A DNA stretch of 41,997 nt. Source: Saprospiraceae bacterium (GTDB taxonomy: Bacteria > Bacteroidota > Bacteroidia > Chitinophagales > Saprospiraceae). This document shows, piece after piece, positions 25,959-35,982 of this stretch (its first letter is position 1; the number at the start of each line of letters is the position of its first letter). The DNA lies in the NCBI GenBank assembly GCA_031373565.1, contig JANMMV010000697.1:1-41997 (forward strand), read 5' to 3'. Both the position numbers and the translations under genes were made by a program. The notes under the pieces were generated by a model. It did not search any database, was not told where the DNA came from, and saw only the letters and a list, made by a program, of their open reading frames with translations.

Positions 25959-26405
25959 ATGCTGACAGTTTATAGTGATGATTATCTTATGGGGCAAGCT
26001 ATCAAAGAAGCCGAAAAAGCAGCTGAAGCAGGTGAGATACCTGTTGGAGCCATCGTTGTCTGTAATAAACAAATTATCGCACGAGCCCATAACCAAACCC
26101 AAGTATTGGATGATGTGACAGCACACGCAGAGATCATGGCTATTACGACAGCCTCTCAGCATTTAGGTGCAAAATATTTGAAGGACTGCACCCTATTCGT
26201 AACATTAGAACCATGCGTCATGTGCGCGGGGGCTTTGTATTGGTCTAAGATATCGCGAGTGGTTTACGGAGCTAGCGATGAAAAACAAGGCTTTATGAGG
26301 TACGGCAAAGATTTATTACATCCGAAGACAAAATTAGAATTTGGGATCCAGCATGACGCTTGTGCAGCTTTGATGAAATCATTCTTTGCAGACAAACGAC
26401 TTTGA
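25959..26405 (+). CDS. tadA: tRNA adenosine(34) deaminase
   Basis: CMP/dCMP deaminase zinc motifs HAEIMAI and PCVMCAGAL. The 148-aa size and the N-terminal MGQAIKEAEKAAEAGEIPVGA are typical of TadA. Confidence 0.9.
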   Translation: MLTVYSDDYLMGQAIKEAEKAAEAGEIPVGAIVVCNKQIIARAHNQTQVLDDVTAHAEIMAITTASQHLGAKYLKDCTLFVTLEPCVMCAGALYWSKISRVVYGASDEKQGFMRYGKDLLHPKTKLEFGIQHDACAALMKSFFADKRL

Positions 26406-26413
26406 TCCTTTGC

Positions 26414-27175
26414 TTACATATACCTTCTTCGGACTAGCTTAATAAATTGCTCGGCAGCGGTCACACGTTTTTCAGCAGTCCAATCGTATTTCATTACTAA
26501 TTGCTCAACTATGTATTGCTTCGCTTCGTCGTAACCTGATAGATTGTTGAGTTGGTGGAGTGTATCTGCAAAGTGATCTTTATTGTTTCCGAAAAGTTCT
26601 TGCAACATCAATACTCGCTCGTTGATACCCATGGACTTAGTGAGATCTTTGATCGGCGTCAGTGATAATTTCTCGGAAAGATCTTGGGCAATTTCTTCAT
26701 CGAATAGTTCCCTTACAAGTGCCGGATGACTTGCTAGACTAAACGCTGGCGTAGCCTGCATACTTGCTTGTGGGGCTGATGGCTCAGGTGTTGCCAGGTT
26801 CTCATTGCGCTGAGCAGGTGCTGGCGGAGCGACAGGCTCCACAACAAGGGGCGCCACATATTCGACAACAACTGGTACCGGCTCAACCATTGGTTCAGGT
26901 GCAGCGATAGGCGTAGGTTTCTCAACGGCAACATTCACTGGTGGCTGGGGCACTGCTGCTACTTTTGGTGCAGATGGAGCAACAGATTTTATAATGGATT
27001 GTCCGTCAATCGCTAAATCATATAGATCTCTTATATAGGAAAGTAGTAGGTCACGCTCAAGCGGGCTCAATGGAGAACCCTCGTCGAGGCTATCCAAAAT
27101 GATTGATATTTTTGCAAGATTTTTGTTGAAAAGGTGGATGTCCATTGATTGATGTTGTTTTGAATAGGTGGTCAT
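26414..27175 (-). CDS. Hypothetical protein with a central Pro/Ala/Val-rich linker
   Basis: Start taken at MTTYSKQHQSMDIHLF; the ORF is open to 27241. Helical N- and C-terminal domains are joined by about 90 aa of PxP/AP repeats. It converges on tadA with an 8-nt gap. Confidence 0.6.
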   Translation of the reverse strand: MTTYSKQHQSMDIHLFNKNLAKISIILDSLDEGSPLSPLERDLLLSYIRDLYDLAIDGQSIIKSVAPSAPKVAAVPQPPVNVAVEKPTPIAAPEPMVEPVPVVVEYVAPLVVEPVAPPAPAQRNENLATPEPSAPQASMQATPAFSLASHPALVRELFDEEIAQDLSEKLSLTPIKDLTKSMGINERVLMLQELFGNNKDHFADTLHQLNNLSGYDEAKQYIVEQLVMKYDWTAEKRVTAAEQFIKLVRRRYM

Positions 27176-27503
27176 GGCGATGTCATTTAAAAAGTGATAG
27201 AATATAGAATAGATGGTAATTATATTTTCGCCTACAGGCAAATGCTATTCCATACCATTCCATAACGGTAATAATTCCATTTTATTTTATCGGGAATAAA
27301 TGACTGTCCATTATATTACAATTATTTATAATATATCAATTATTGTACCAAATTTCTGGAAAGCTTCCAATGCAATCACTTACTTGCAAAAAATGTATAT
27401 TCTCAACCAAATTGTCAACAGATATAAATAAATATCATATTTGTAAAGAGAATTTGGCTTAAATGCCTTTTATTTGTGGCATCAATCAATCTCAACTTTA
27501 AAG

Positions 27504-28094
27504 ATGTTTTTAGAGCCTAGTTTCAGATCGCAACGCAGCGGATGGATAGAAGTTATCTGCGGTTCGATGTTTTCGGGAAAGACCGAGGAGCTCATTCGTA
27601 GGCTCAAACGAGCACGGATCGCCAACCAACGAGTACAAGTTTTCAAGCCGTCTAAGGATACTCGATATGATGTTATAAAAGTGGTGTCACATGATGAGCG
27701 AGCGGTGGATTCGATTCCTGTATTGTCAAGTTTAGAAATCCTCGATCATGTTAGAGATATCAATGTTGTGGGTATAGATGAGGCACAATTTTTTGATGAT
27801 AGATTGCCAGATGTATGTCAAAAGCTGGCTATAACAGGTGCAAGGGTTATCGTGGCAGGATTGGATATGGATTTTAGAGGATTGCCTTTTGGTCCCATAC
27901 CACAGCTCTTGGCGGTAGCCGAATACATTACCAAAGTGCACGCCATCTGTCCACATTGCGGCAATTTAGCGACGCATTCCTACCGACTTAGTAAAGAGAA
28001 GGACATCGTGGTCCTTGGCGAAAAAGATAAATATGAGCCTCGATGTCGAATCTGCTATGAAATGGGCAATATTCTTGATTTAAGACTTATTTAA
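27504..28094 (+). CDS. tdk: Thymidine kinase
   Basis: P-loop [17 protein letters not shown], motif VGIDEAQFF, and the zinc ribbon CPHCG...CRICY. The ATG at 27504 is preferred over the TTG at 27474. Confidence 0.9.
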   Translation: MFLEPSFRSQRSGWIEVICGSMFSGKTEELIRRLKRARIANQRVQVFKPSKDTRYDVIKVVSHDERAVDSIPVLSSLEILDHVRDINVVGIDEAQFFDDRLPDVCQKLAITGARVIVAGLDMDFRGLPFGPIPQLLAVAEYITKVHAICPHCGNLATHSYRLSKEKDIVVLGEKDKYEPRCRICYEMGNILDLRLI

Positions 28095-28150
28095 TGATAG
28101 ATCTGTATTTTCATGAAATTTTTTGACTCACACGATCGTTATCTATCTAT

Positions 28151-28987
28151 ATGACTAAAGATATTATTGCGAGTATACTTTTACTTAGCGTCGGTGCACT
28201 ATTCATAAATGCACAGATCAAAGATGCTAATAGCGATATTCCACACGAGTGCGATTTGTCTAATGGCGCATTCAAAGGTGGGGAGCATTTGGTTTACAAA
28301 GCGTACTACAATTGGGAGTTTGTATGGGTTTCGGCTGGTGAAGCTGATTTTAAGATAGTAGAATATGCCGATACATATGATGTCAAAGTCTATGCTAAGA
28401 CCTATAAGAGTTATGATCCATTTTTCAGGGTTAGGGACTATTTCCATTCTGTAATTGATAAGAAAACACTATTCCCTAAGTATTTTACACGTATCGTCGA
28501 AGAAGGAAATTATAGAAAATTTGACTCTCTGGTATTCAACACAAATCAGCTTTCTGCCGTAAGTTACAATGGCCGAACAAAGGCTACCGCTGTTAAGAAA
28601 TACATTCCTGTTCAGCAGTGTACTCATGATTTATTGTCAGTCTTATATTTTATGCGTAATATTGACATCAATGCCTATAAAGTAGGGGAGAATGTGCCCA
28701 CACGGATCTTGTTTGATGAGAACGTTTATCCCATCAAAGTACGATACGAGGGCAAAACCAAAAATCATCATATTAAAGATGTAGGAACTTTTAACACCAT
28801 CAAAGTGATACCAGATCTTGTTACAGGCAATGTATTCAAGGATGGCAATCGGATGCATGTTTGGGTCACCGATGATGCAAATAAGATGCCCTTGCTTATT
28901 GAGTCACCTCTAGCCGTGGGTACTGCCAAAGCACTACTAAAATCCTACGGAGGACTTCGAAATAAATGTACATCTAAAGTAAAGTAG
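28151..28987 (+). CDS. DUF3108-family secreted protein
   Basis: Signal peptide, then FKGGEHLVYKAYYNWEFVWVSAGEADFKIVE...FFRVRDYFHSVIDKKTLFP, which matches my memory of the DUF3108 pattern. Confidence 0.7.
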   Translation: MTKDIIASILLLSVGALFINAQIKDANSDIPHECDLSNGAFKGGEHLVYKAYYNWEFVWVSAGEADFKIVEYADTYDVKVYAKTYKSYDPFFRVRDYFHSVIDKKTLFPKYFTRIVEEGNYRKFDSLVFNTNQLSAVSYNGRTKATAVKKYIPVQQCTHDLLSVLYFMRNIDINAYKVGENVPTRILFDENVYPIKVRYEGKTKNHHIKDVGTFNTIKVIPDLVTGNVFKDGNRMHVWVTDDANKMPLLIESPLAVGTAKALLKSYGGLRNKCTSKVK

Positions 28988-29721
28988 TGGGTAGAGTAAA
29001 TGCTAAGATTGCTATCGTTATACTAACGATGTGTTATAAATGTGCAGCAGCTCAGTGTAAATATGATTCAGTTTTTACCTATGTCTATGAAAACAAGTGG
29101 TCTGACAATCAATATTACTCAACTACCGATTCTACCTTAAGCCTAAAAGAGCCAAGGCGTGCTTACCTTGATTTATATGATGCCACTGGTCTTTTGAAGG
29201 AAAGGTTGTACAGTTATGCATCAAGAAATGATTGGGAATTTAAAACTCTCTTTATTTACGATAAGCTCGGAAGACTGGTGTCAGTTAGTGAAGGAGTTAG
29301 GTGGGAAAGAAAGATAAATTTCCACTACGATGCTGCGGTCTTAACTGGATATACTGAAAATAGTCAGACTGGGATTAGTGAATATGGGATTAAAAAGGAA
29401 AAAGGAGGGTATCTAATGACTAGGGTAAACAGTGAGACAAATAAAAAGGATTTAAGTAGATGTGTCTTGAAAGACATTCCGAAACACAAAAAATATATCT
29501 ATGGTAATATTGATTTCCTAGATATGGATTTGTGGTTTAATTCAACTGTGATAGGTGTAGAATCTAAATATCCTGACGTATTATATCCAAGAACGGACGA
29601 TGGCACCTTATATGTGCTACAGTCATCTGATAATTGTGGCAACCCTACAATGTACTATGAACAAAACGCGGAAACTAAGTCTATTTTGTATATTTGTCAA
29701 AAGGAATATAGATACAAATAG
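28987..29721 (+). CDS. Hypothetical secreted protein or lipoprotein
   Basis: The GTG start overlaps the preceding TAG (TAGTG). N-terminus KIAIVILTMCYKCAAAQC. It contains one YD-repeat-like element, IYDKLGRLVSV. Confidence 0.45.
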   Translation: MGRVNAKIAIVILTMCYKCAAAQCKYDSVFTYVYENKWSDNQYYSTTDSTLSLKEPRRAYLDLYDATGLLKERLYSYASRNDWEFKTLFIYDKLGRLVSVSEGVRWERKINFHYDAAVLTGYTENSQTGISEYGIKKEKGGYLMTRVNSETNKKDLSRCVLKDIPKHKKYIYGNIDFLDMDLWFNSTVIGVESKYPDVLYPRTDDGTLYVLQSSDNCGNPTMYYEQNAETKSILYICQKEYRYK

Positions 29722-29798
29722 GTCATTAAACCCCAAATTTTGAAATCTATTTTCCATTTTGGCATAGTCTACCGTGTACTCCTCGTATCTTTACGGCC

Positions 29799-30584
29799 AT
29801 GAAAGCTAAAAAATCCTTTGGACAACATTTTCTTATTGATGAGAATATTGGTCGTGAGATCAGTGAATCATTGCTCGTGAAAGAGTTTGGCAATCGAGTA
29901 TTGGAGATCGGGCCGGGCAAGGGATTTCTAACGAAGTATCTGGCTGCTAATTCTGAGATAGAACTCAAAGCAGTAGAAGCTGACGCGGATATGGTGACTT
30001 ATTTGACACAAAATAATTTATTAGACGCTGATCAGATCATATTTCTAGATTTCTTAAAGTTAAGTCTACAGAAGGTTTTCGATGGACAACAATTCAGCAT
30101 AATCGGTAATTTCCCCTACAATATATCTTCACAGATATTATTCAAAATGCTCAATCATAAGGAACTAGTACCTGAGATGGTGGGCATGTTTCAAAAAGAA
30201 GTGGCAGATAGAGTCGTTTCTCCACCTGGATCTAAGACCTATGGCGTCATCAGTGTATTGGTGCAAGCCTTTTATGAAGGGAAGACGATTATCAATGTCG
30301 GACCACAATGTTTTAATCCACCGCCCAAAGTCAATTCAAGCGTTATACGATTAACGCGCAAAGCAAATTTGGAGCTGGGCTGCGATGATCGATTGTTTAG
30401 GCATGTTGTCAAGTCAGCTTTTGGCCAGCGCCGCAAAATGCTTCGCAATACGCTAAAACCTATCGTCAGCGATCCAGCTGTGTTAGAAGATATATTCTTC
30501 AATCAGCGTCCAGAACAGCTCGGCGTTGAACAATTTGTCTATATTACTAATTTATTACAACAACATATCCATACTACACCATGA
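29799..30584 (+). CDS. rsmA: 16S rRNA (adenine1518/1519-N6)-dimethyltransferase
   Basis: MKAKKSFGQHFLIDENI, SAM motif VLEIGPGKGFLT, and IGNFPYNISSQILF. Confidence 0.9.
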   Translation: MKAKKSFGQHFLIDENIGREISESLLVKEFGNRVLEIGPGKGFLTKYLAANSEIELKAVEADADMVTYLTQNNLLDADQIIFLDFLKLSLQKVFDGQQFSIIGNFPYNISSQILFKMLNHKELVPEMVGMFQKEVADRVVSPPGSKTYGVISVLVQAFYEGKTIINVGPQCFNPPPKVNSSVIRLTRKANLELGCDDRLFRHVVKSAFGQRRKMLRNTLKPIVSDPAVLEDIFFNQRPEQLGVEQFVYITNLLQQHIHTTP

Positions 30585-31027
30585 GTTTAGAAATACGCAT
30601 CAACGAAGATCTTAAAGACGCTATGAGAGCAAAAGATCAAGCAGCCCTTCGTTCTATACGAGCAGTAAAAGCGGCCATTCTTATATTTAAAACAGATGGG
30701 AGTGGTAATGTACTTGATGAGGATAAGGAAGTAAAACTTCTTCAAAAACTCGTCAAGCAACGCCAAGACTCATTGGAAATTTTCATGAAGCAAGGACGTG
30801 AAGACCTTGCTGTCACGGAACGAGAAGAGATTGCCATTATCCAGAAATACTTACCTGCCCAATTATCTGCCGATGAATTGCGAGCAGCTATCCAATCTTT
30901 GATCACAGAATCAGGTATCACCGATGCCAAAGAAATGGGCAAGGTAATCGGACTCGCTAATCAAAAATTAGCCGGTAAGACTGAAGGCAAATTGATCGCA
31001 GCGATGGTCAAGGAATTACTAGGATAG
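30581..31027 (+). CDS. yqeY: GatB/YqeY domain protein
   Basis: 148 aa. INEDLKDAMRAKDQAALRSIRAVKAAI...REEIAIIQKYLP...MGKVIG is the typical YqeY pattern. It has a 4-nt overlap with rsmA. Confidence 0.85.
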   Translation: MSLEIRINEDLKDAMRAKDQAALRSIRAVKAAILIFKTDGSGNVLDEDKEVKLLQKLVKQRQDSLEIFMKQGREDLAVTEREEIAIIQKYLPAQLSADELRAAIQSLITESGITDAKEMGKVIGLANQKLAGKTEGKLIAAMVKELLG

Positions 31028-31032
31028 AAATA

Positions 31033-31764
31033 TTATCTTGGTATTGCAACGTAGAAAAATTCCCCTTCTAGGCTGTAAGATTTCTCTAATGCTGCTAAAT
31101 CTAAAGGAGCGGCTTTTTTGTGATATTGTAGCAGCGGAAACAGATTATATTGCGCTGAAGTGAAATAGCCATAAATATCTTGGGGCGTCGTATCATAAGC
31201 ATCGCTAGCGCCCAGCCCGAACTCAAAAAGAACAACAGGTCTGCATCGCACTATGGTCGATCTCCCACCTTGCAACACACCAAGTTCTGCGCCTTCGACA
31301 TCTATCTTAATGAGTTTGATAATCTCATCTTTAGGTACGATATCGTCCAATTTCTTGATGGCAACGGGGATCTCTATTATCTCAGGATCGGCAATATCGT
31401 ATTTACGTTTTCGAAGGCCACTGTAAGCGGGCGCGTTTTTAACATATTGAAAGGTAGCTTGCCCATCTTGCGCCGCTAAGGCATAGGGAAATATATGATG
31501 TTGGCTGCCATATCGGCTTTTTAACTTATTGTAAAAAGCGGGTATCGGTTCAAATCCATAGTGTGCATTTGTAGGAGCATACTTGATAAAATCATCAAAT
31601 ACTTCACCTTTATGACAACCTACATCTACGCAAATCCCACCGTCAACTAAAGCATCCTTGATAATTCGCGTGGTGTAATGATCATATTTGAGATTGGTCG
31701 TAAGATGGAGACCCATCCATTGAAGGACTTTGCGTATTTTATCCTTTGCAAGAACAACTATCAT
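31033..31764 (-). CDS. FkbM-family SAM-dependent methyltransferase
   Basis: SAM-binding CVDVGCHKGEV and the family motif LIKIDVEGAELGVLQGG. The ATG overlaps the sucB stop codon by 1 nt (TAATG). Confidence 0.8.
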   Translation of the reverse strand: MIVVLAKDKIRKVLQWMGLHLTTNLKYDHYTTRIIKDALVDGGICVDVGCHKGEVFDDFIKYAPTNAHYGFEPIPAFYNKLKSRYGSQHHIFPYALAAQDGQATFQYVKNAPAYSGLRKRKYDIADPEIIEIPVAIKKLDDIVPKDEIIKLIKIDVEGAELGVLQGGRSTIVRCRPVVLFEFGLGASDAYDTTPQDIYGYFTSAQYNLFPLLQYHKKAAPLDLAALEKSYSLEGEFFYVAIPR

Positions 31765-33011
31765 TATAAGTCCATCATCAATGTCATCGGATCTTCGAGA
31801 AGTTCTTTGACTTTGACAAGGAAGGTCACCGAAGTACTACCATCTATCACACGATGGTCATAGGATAATGCTAGGTACATCATTGGTCTGATAACAACTT
31901 GCCCATCTACAGCTATTGGTCTGTCCTTGATGGCATGCATTCCAAGAATGGCCGATTGTGGCTCATTAATGATCGGTGTGCTTAGTAGTGACCCGAAAAT
32001 ACCGCCATTCGTAATCGTAAATGTACCTCCTTTCATTTCGTCTAATGTCAGCTTACCGTTGCGTGCTTTCTCCGCTAATTCTTTGATCTTGAATTCAATA
32101 TCAGCAAATCCCATTGACTCAACGTTGTGCAAAGGTGGAACAACCAGTCCCGTAGGTGTCGAAATAGCAACTGATATATCCACATAATCATGATAGATGA
32201 TATCATTGCCATCGATCATGGCATTGACATCAGGCATCTCCATCAGGACTTTGGCGCATGCCTTGGCAAAAAGCGACATGTATCCTAATTTGATGCCATT
32301 CTTAGCAACAAAACGGTCTTGATAAGTCTTTCGAAGTTCGTTTAGCCCAGTCATATCCACTTCATTAAAAGTAGTGAGCATAGCCGTATTATTTTTAGCT
32401 GATACGAGACGTGCGGCTATGGTTTTACGCATACGCGACATCTTCTCTACCTTTATTTCTCTAGAACCAGGTACGATTACCCTTGGCGCAACTGGTGTTG
32501 GCGCTGCTGGTGTAGTGGTCGCAGATGGTGCAGGAGCCGTTGATTTGTTTTCGACTGCCTTTTGGGCATCTTCTTTCGTAATACGTCCTTCTTTTCCTGA
32601 TCCCGCGACGGCGCTAGCATCAACATTGCCTTCTCTCAATATCTTACCTGCTGCCGGGGATGGGTGACCAGCTGCATAAGAAGTGGTTGTATTAGTCGGT
32701 GTTTCAGCTACAGCCACCGCTGGAGCAATAGCAGCTGCAGGACTGCTTGATGTACTAGCTGAGCTATTAGCAACAGAAGTATCAATTCTAGCAACAAGTG
32801 CTCCGATCGCAAGATCATCTCCCTCTTTGGCAACAAAGATGAGCTTACCTGAAGCTTCAGCTGGAAACTCGAGCGTCGCCTTATCGGACTCAAACTCGCA
32901 AATTGGTTCATCCGCTTTGACGTAGTCGCCATCCTTTTTTAACCACTGTGATAGTGTCACTTCTGTAATGGATTCGCCGATAGTAGGCACTTTCATTTCT
33001 ATAAGACTCAT
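31764..33011 (-). CDS. sucB: 2-oxoglutarate dehydrogenase E2 component, dihydrolipoyllysine-residue succinyltransferase
   Basis: One lipoyl domain ([26 protein letters not shown]...[11 protein letters not shown]), Ala/Pro/Thr linkers, an E3-binding segment ([16 protein letters not shown]), and a catalytic domain with SYDHRVIDG. Confidence 0.8.
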   Translation of the reverse strand: MSLIEMKVPTIGESITEVTLSQWLKKDGDYVKADEPICEFESDKATLEFPAEASGKLIFVAKEGDDLAIGALVARIDTSVANSSASTSSSPAAAIAPAVAVAETPTNTTTSYAAGHPSPAAGKILREGNVDASAVAGSGKEGRITKEDAQKAVENKSTAPAPSATTTPAAPTPVAPRVIVPGSREIKVEKMSRMRKTIAARLVSAKNNTAMLTTFNEVDMTGLNELRKTYQDRFVAKNGIKLGYMSLFAKACAKVLMEMPDVNAMIDGNDIIYHDYVDISVAISTPTGLVVPPLHNVESMGFADIEFKIKELAEKARNGKLTLDEMKGGTFTITNGGIFGSLLSTPIINEPQSAILGMHAIKDRPIAVDGQVVIRPMMYLALSYDHRVIDGSTSVTFLVKVKELLEDPMTLMMDL

Positions 33012-33271
33012 ATATACTTGTATTTGATAAGGCTATTTATACTGATTAATAGGACAAAGTTACAGGAAAAGCAGTGCCTATCCAAAAATGTAGAATTGTA
33101 TTTAAAAAATACTTTAGGGTATATTGATAATAATTTTAGATTACTTTAAATATAATAACGTATTGGTAAAGAACTGCTAGATTTGAACATGTTAGCCAAA
33201 GTGAATGTTTTTAAAGTTTTGTCAATGTGGCGACTTGAGCATCAGGCCATAAAAAATATTAACTATCTTAC

Positions 33272-34102
33272 ATGAACTATAAAAGGATCTTAATCATCGT
33301 TGGACTACTTTTTTCGTGCTATCAGCAGTCATACCTGCAGACAACGATTAAGCCTAACAAAATATATAGCAATAAGAGCAACTTTTACATCGGCTGGGGC
33401 TGGAACCGAAGCTGGTATTCAAAATCTGACATAACTTTCGAAGGTAACGGCTATGATTTTGTACTTCAAAATGTAGAATCGAAGGATCGGCAATCGAAGT
33501 TTAGATTTGATAGATACCTATATCCAGCTAATATGTCAATACCACAATACAACCTTAGGATTGGGTATTTTATTAATAAAAAATACGATATTTCTATTGG
33601 TGTAGATCATATGAAGTATGTCATGGTCCAAGACCAAACTGTCAAAATAGATGGACAAATAGCAAACTCTGGAACGAGTTACGATAAATCCTATTCCAAC
33701 GAAAATATAGTCTTAGCAAAAGATTTTCTAAAGTTTGAGCATACTGACGGGCTCAACTATCTCAATGCGGCGATCAGGAAAACAGAGCCATTTTATAGTT
33801 ACAAAGCTATAGATCTACAGCACATCTTGGGCATAGAAGCTGGCGCAATGATGCCTAGAACAGACGCGACTTTGCTCAATCACCCTAGACATGACGCTTG
33901 GCATCTTGCGGGATATGGTATTTCTGCAGTACAAGGGATTAATATCACATTTTGGAAACACTTATTTATACAAGCTGAGATCAAAGAAGGATTTACGTCC
34001 TTACCTGACATCCGCACTACGTCAGAAAAGGGCGATAAAGCGAGTCAGCATTTTTTCTTTTTTCAATACAACTGGTGGATAGGCGGGAAGGTAAGGATTT
34101 GA
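33272..34102 (+). CDS. Hypothetical outer-membrane (beta-rich) protein
   Basis: 276 aa with a signal peptide. Alternating aromatic/polar beta-strand pattern (FYIGWGWNRSWYSKSDITF..., FFFFQYNWWIGGKVRI at the C-terminus). Confidence 0.55.
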   Translation: MNYKRILIIVGLLFSCYQQSYLQTTIKPNKIYSNKSNFYIGWGWNRSWYSKSDITFEGNGYDFVLQNVESKDRQSKFRFDRYLYPANMSIPQYNLRIGYFINKKYDISIGVDHMKYVMVQDQTVKIDGQIANSGTSYDKSYSNENIVLAKDFLKFEHTDGLNYLNAAIRKTEPFYSYKAIDLQHILGIEAGAMMPRTDATLLNHPRHDAWHLAGYGISAVQGINITFWKHLFIQAEIKEGFTSLPDIRTTSEKGDKASQHFFFFQYNWWIGGKVRI

Positions 34103-34318
34103 TTTACCTCTTGTGGAATCTCATTAATTATGCCACATTCCACCGCGGATGATGTAGATTTATCAGGTCATAAGGCACGATTGAATGCATAGGCCTAGGG
34201 AATTAAATAATGTGGGTATTTGGTATCTTCTCTGTATAGATACAAAATTAAGACTGTAAATACTTACAATCCTCATAACAAAAATTAGTATTTGACAACA
34301 GTAGGCTTTTAAAAAGAC

Positions 34319-34879
34319 TTACCTGATCACGGCAAATTTCATTTTATAATCTGCCTTGATCCTGCCTGCCTTGATGTCGGCCAGTTTGCGAGAGATGAGT
34401 TTTTTCTTTAATGGTTTGAGTTTATCAATAAACAAGATACCTTCTATGTGATCATACTCATGCTGAATGACACGTGCATTTATTCCTTCATATATCTCAT
34501 CGTGCGCCTTGAAGTTTTCATCAAGATATTGAATACGGACCTTTGGCATACGATCTACTTCACCACGAATTTCAGGGATACTGAGACAGCCTTCTTCGTA
34601 GGACCAATATTCACCAGACTCATCTACGATTTTGGCATTGATAAAAGTCTTTTTGATACCCTCATCTTTACGGTCATCATCCATAATCTGGATAGAATCC
34701 ACGACAAATAATCTAATGGCGAGCCCGATCTGAGGCGCAGCTAGACCGACCCCATGCGCGTCGTACATCGTTTCCCACATGTTGGCGAGTAGAGTGGAAA
34801 GTTCAGGATAATTCTTCGTTATTTCTTCGCCCTTCTTCTTTAGAACTGGTTGACCCAAAGCGTATATCGGTAGTATCAT
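34319..34879 (-). CDS. def: Peptide deformylase
   Basis: Motifs GVGLAAPQIG, EGCLSIP and QHEYDHIEG. Start taken at MILPIYALGQPVLKKKGEEI; the ORF is open to 34927 but would then overlap ruvX. Confidence 0.9.
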   Translation of the reverse strand: MILPIYALGQPVLKKKGEEITKNYPELSTLLANMWETMYDAHGVGLAAPQIGLAIRLFVVDSIQIMDDDRKDEGIKKTFINAKIVDESGEYWSYEEGCLSIPEIRGEVDRMPKVRIQYLDENFKAHDEIYEGINARVIQHEYDHIEGILFIDKLKPLKKKLISRKLADIKAGRIKADYKMKFAVIR

Positions 34880-34886
34880 TGTATTT

Positions 34887-35297
34887 TTAAATGTGTTTAA
34901 GGTATTTTTGTAAAATGATGACCGCACTCACTCTATCAACGAGTGCTTTGCCTTGTCTAGATATCTTTTTGGCACCGCTTGCCATGATTACTTGTTTCGC
35001 TTCAACGGACGAGAATTGTTCATCAGCAAAATCAATCACAATCTCAGGCCATAGTTTTTTAATTTTGGCGGCAAATAGATCGATATCACCCTTGATATGT
35101 GTAAAATTGCCGTCCTTGTGAAATGGTAAACCTATGACTATCTTTTCGATTTTTTCTTTATTGATGTATGTGCTTAGGTACGAGATCACCTGGCTCGTCT
35201 CTACGGTCTCCAATGCTGTTACAATGATCTGAAAAGGATCTGTCGTAGAGATGCCACAGCGCTTGGTTCCATAATCTATACCTAAAATTCGTGCCAT
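34887..35297 (-). CDS. ruvX: Holliday junction resolvase-like / pre-16S rRNA nuclease YqgF
   Basis: MARILGIDYGTKRCGIS at the chosen start, and VDRVSAVIILQ near the C-terminus. Confidence 0.85.
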   Translation of the reverse strand: MARILGIDYGTKRCGISTTDPFQIIVTALETVETSQVISYLSTYINKEKIEKIVIGLPFHKDGNFTHIKGDIDLFAAKIKKLWPEIVIDFADEQFSSVEAKQVIMASGAKKISRQGKALVDRVSAVIILQKYLKHI

Positions 35298-35840
35298 AAG
35301 AGCACAAAGGTAATGAAAGCAGTCGAAATGATATAAAGTCACTCAAGAATGTAGTCATATATTTAGGGTCAATTTGAAATAAAATCGATCCACGCTACCA
35401 ACTTATAAGGAATGGATCTAAAAAGAGCTTGACTTAAGAGCGTAAGTCCAAGATTTAAGTTACCAATAAAATTACGCATTTTAAACCTGTCTCCGCAAGC
35501 TGCTTTTAAAAAAAAATGCGGGAATATCACTCCTTATTTATTAACGATGTTGTGCCTCGTGACATGGTTTGCGAACTGAAACGAGCCATTCTATGGCTTC
35601 TTTCCCAATGTTGTCCCGCGCACTCCCATTTGCGCTATTTGATATGGACATTTCTATCGTAATCTATTCTTCGTTCGTGTTTTTTCTCAAACTACAAGTG
35701 ATTAACAAGTGCGACGCTGACGGCTATTGGGATAAATACAAGTAAAATTTCAATAATCATATTGCATTACTTTTGACTCTATTTTTTTGCGAGATTTCGG
35801 TCTATTATATTTGATCCAAATATATGCAGTTTTGAACACT

Positions 35841-35960
35841 ATATCGGCGGTTACCTTCATTGTATAGCTCGCAAACGATTAGATTACTCACTTTTAGTGG
35901 ATTGTATTAATAACACATTTTACCAAAAAAAAGGCCCACATTCAGCATGTAGGCCTTTTT
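35841..35960 (+). ncRNA. Hypothetical small RNA, defined only by a promoter-like box, an operator half-site and a shared terminator
   Basis: CAGTTTTG at 35827-35834 is a near -7 box on the + strand. One exact GAAATCTCGCA half-site lies on the opposite strand at 35788-35798, at nearly the same spacing as in modules A-C. The bidirectional hairpin at 35933-35955 is followed by T5 on +. Confidence 0.2.
35925..35960 (-). terminator. Bidirectional rho-independent terminator downstream of the PPIase gene
   Basis: GGCCCACAT (35933-35941) pairs with ATGTAGGCC (35947-35955): 8 bp plus 1 mismatch, with a 5-nt loop. It is flanked by A8 on the left and T5 on the right. Confidence 0.7.
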
Positions 35961-35982
35961 GCAATAATCTTAATTGCTTATC

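Noticed and set aside
32374-32925. Three + strand ORFs (80-97 aa) rich in Ala/Gly/Val inside sucB
   Set aside because: They are antisense shadows of the Ala/Pro/Thr-rich linker regions of the E2 gene. The sucB frame has strong family motifs.
35343-35982. Known structured RNAs (RNase P RNA, tmRNA, SRP/4.5S, 6S, riboswitch) in the 640-nt gap after ruvX
   Set aside because: By eye I found none of the hallmark conserved segments of these RNAs. The only short frames are of 50 and 33 codons, with nothing to support them. Only the speculative sRNA near the terminator was retained.
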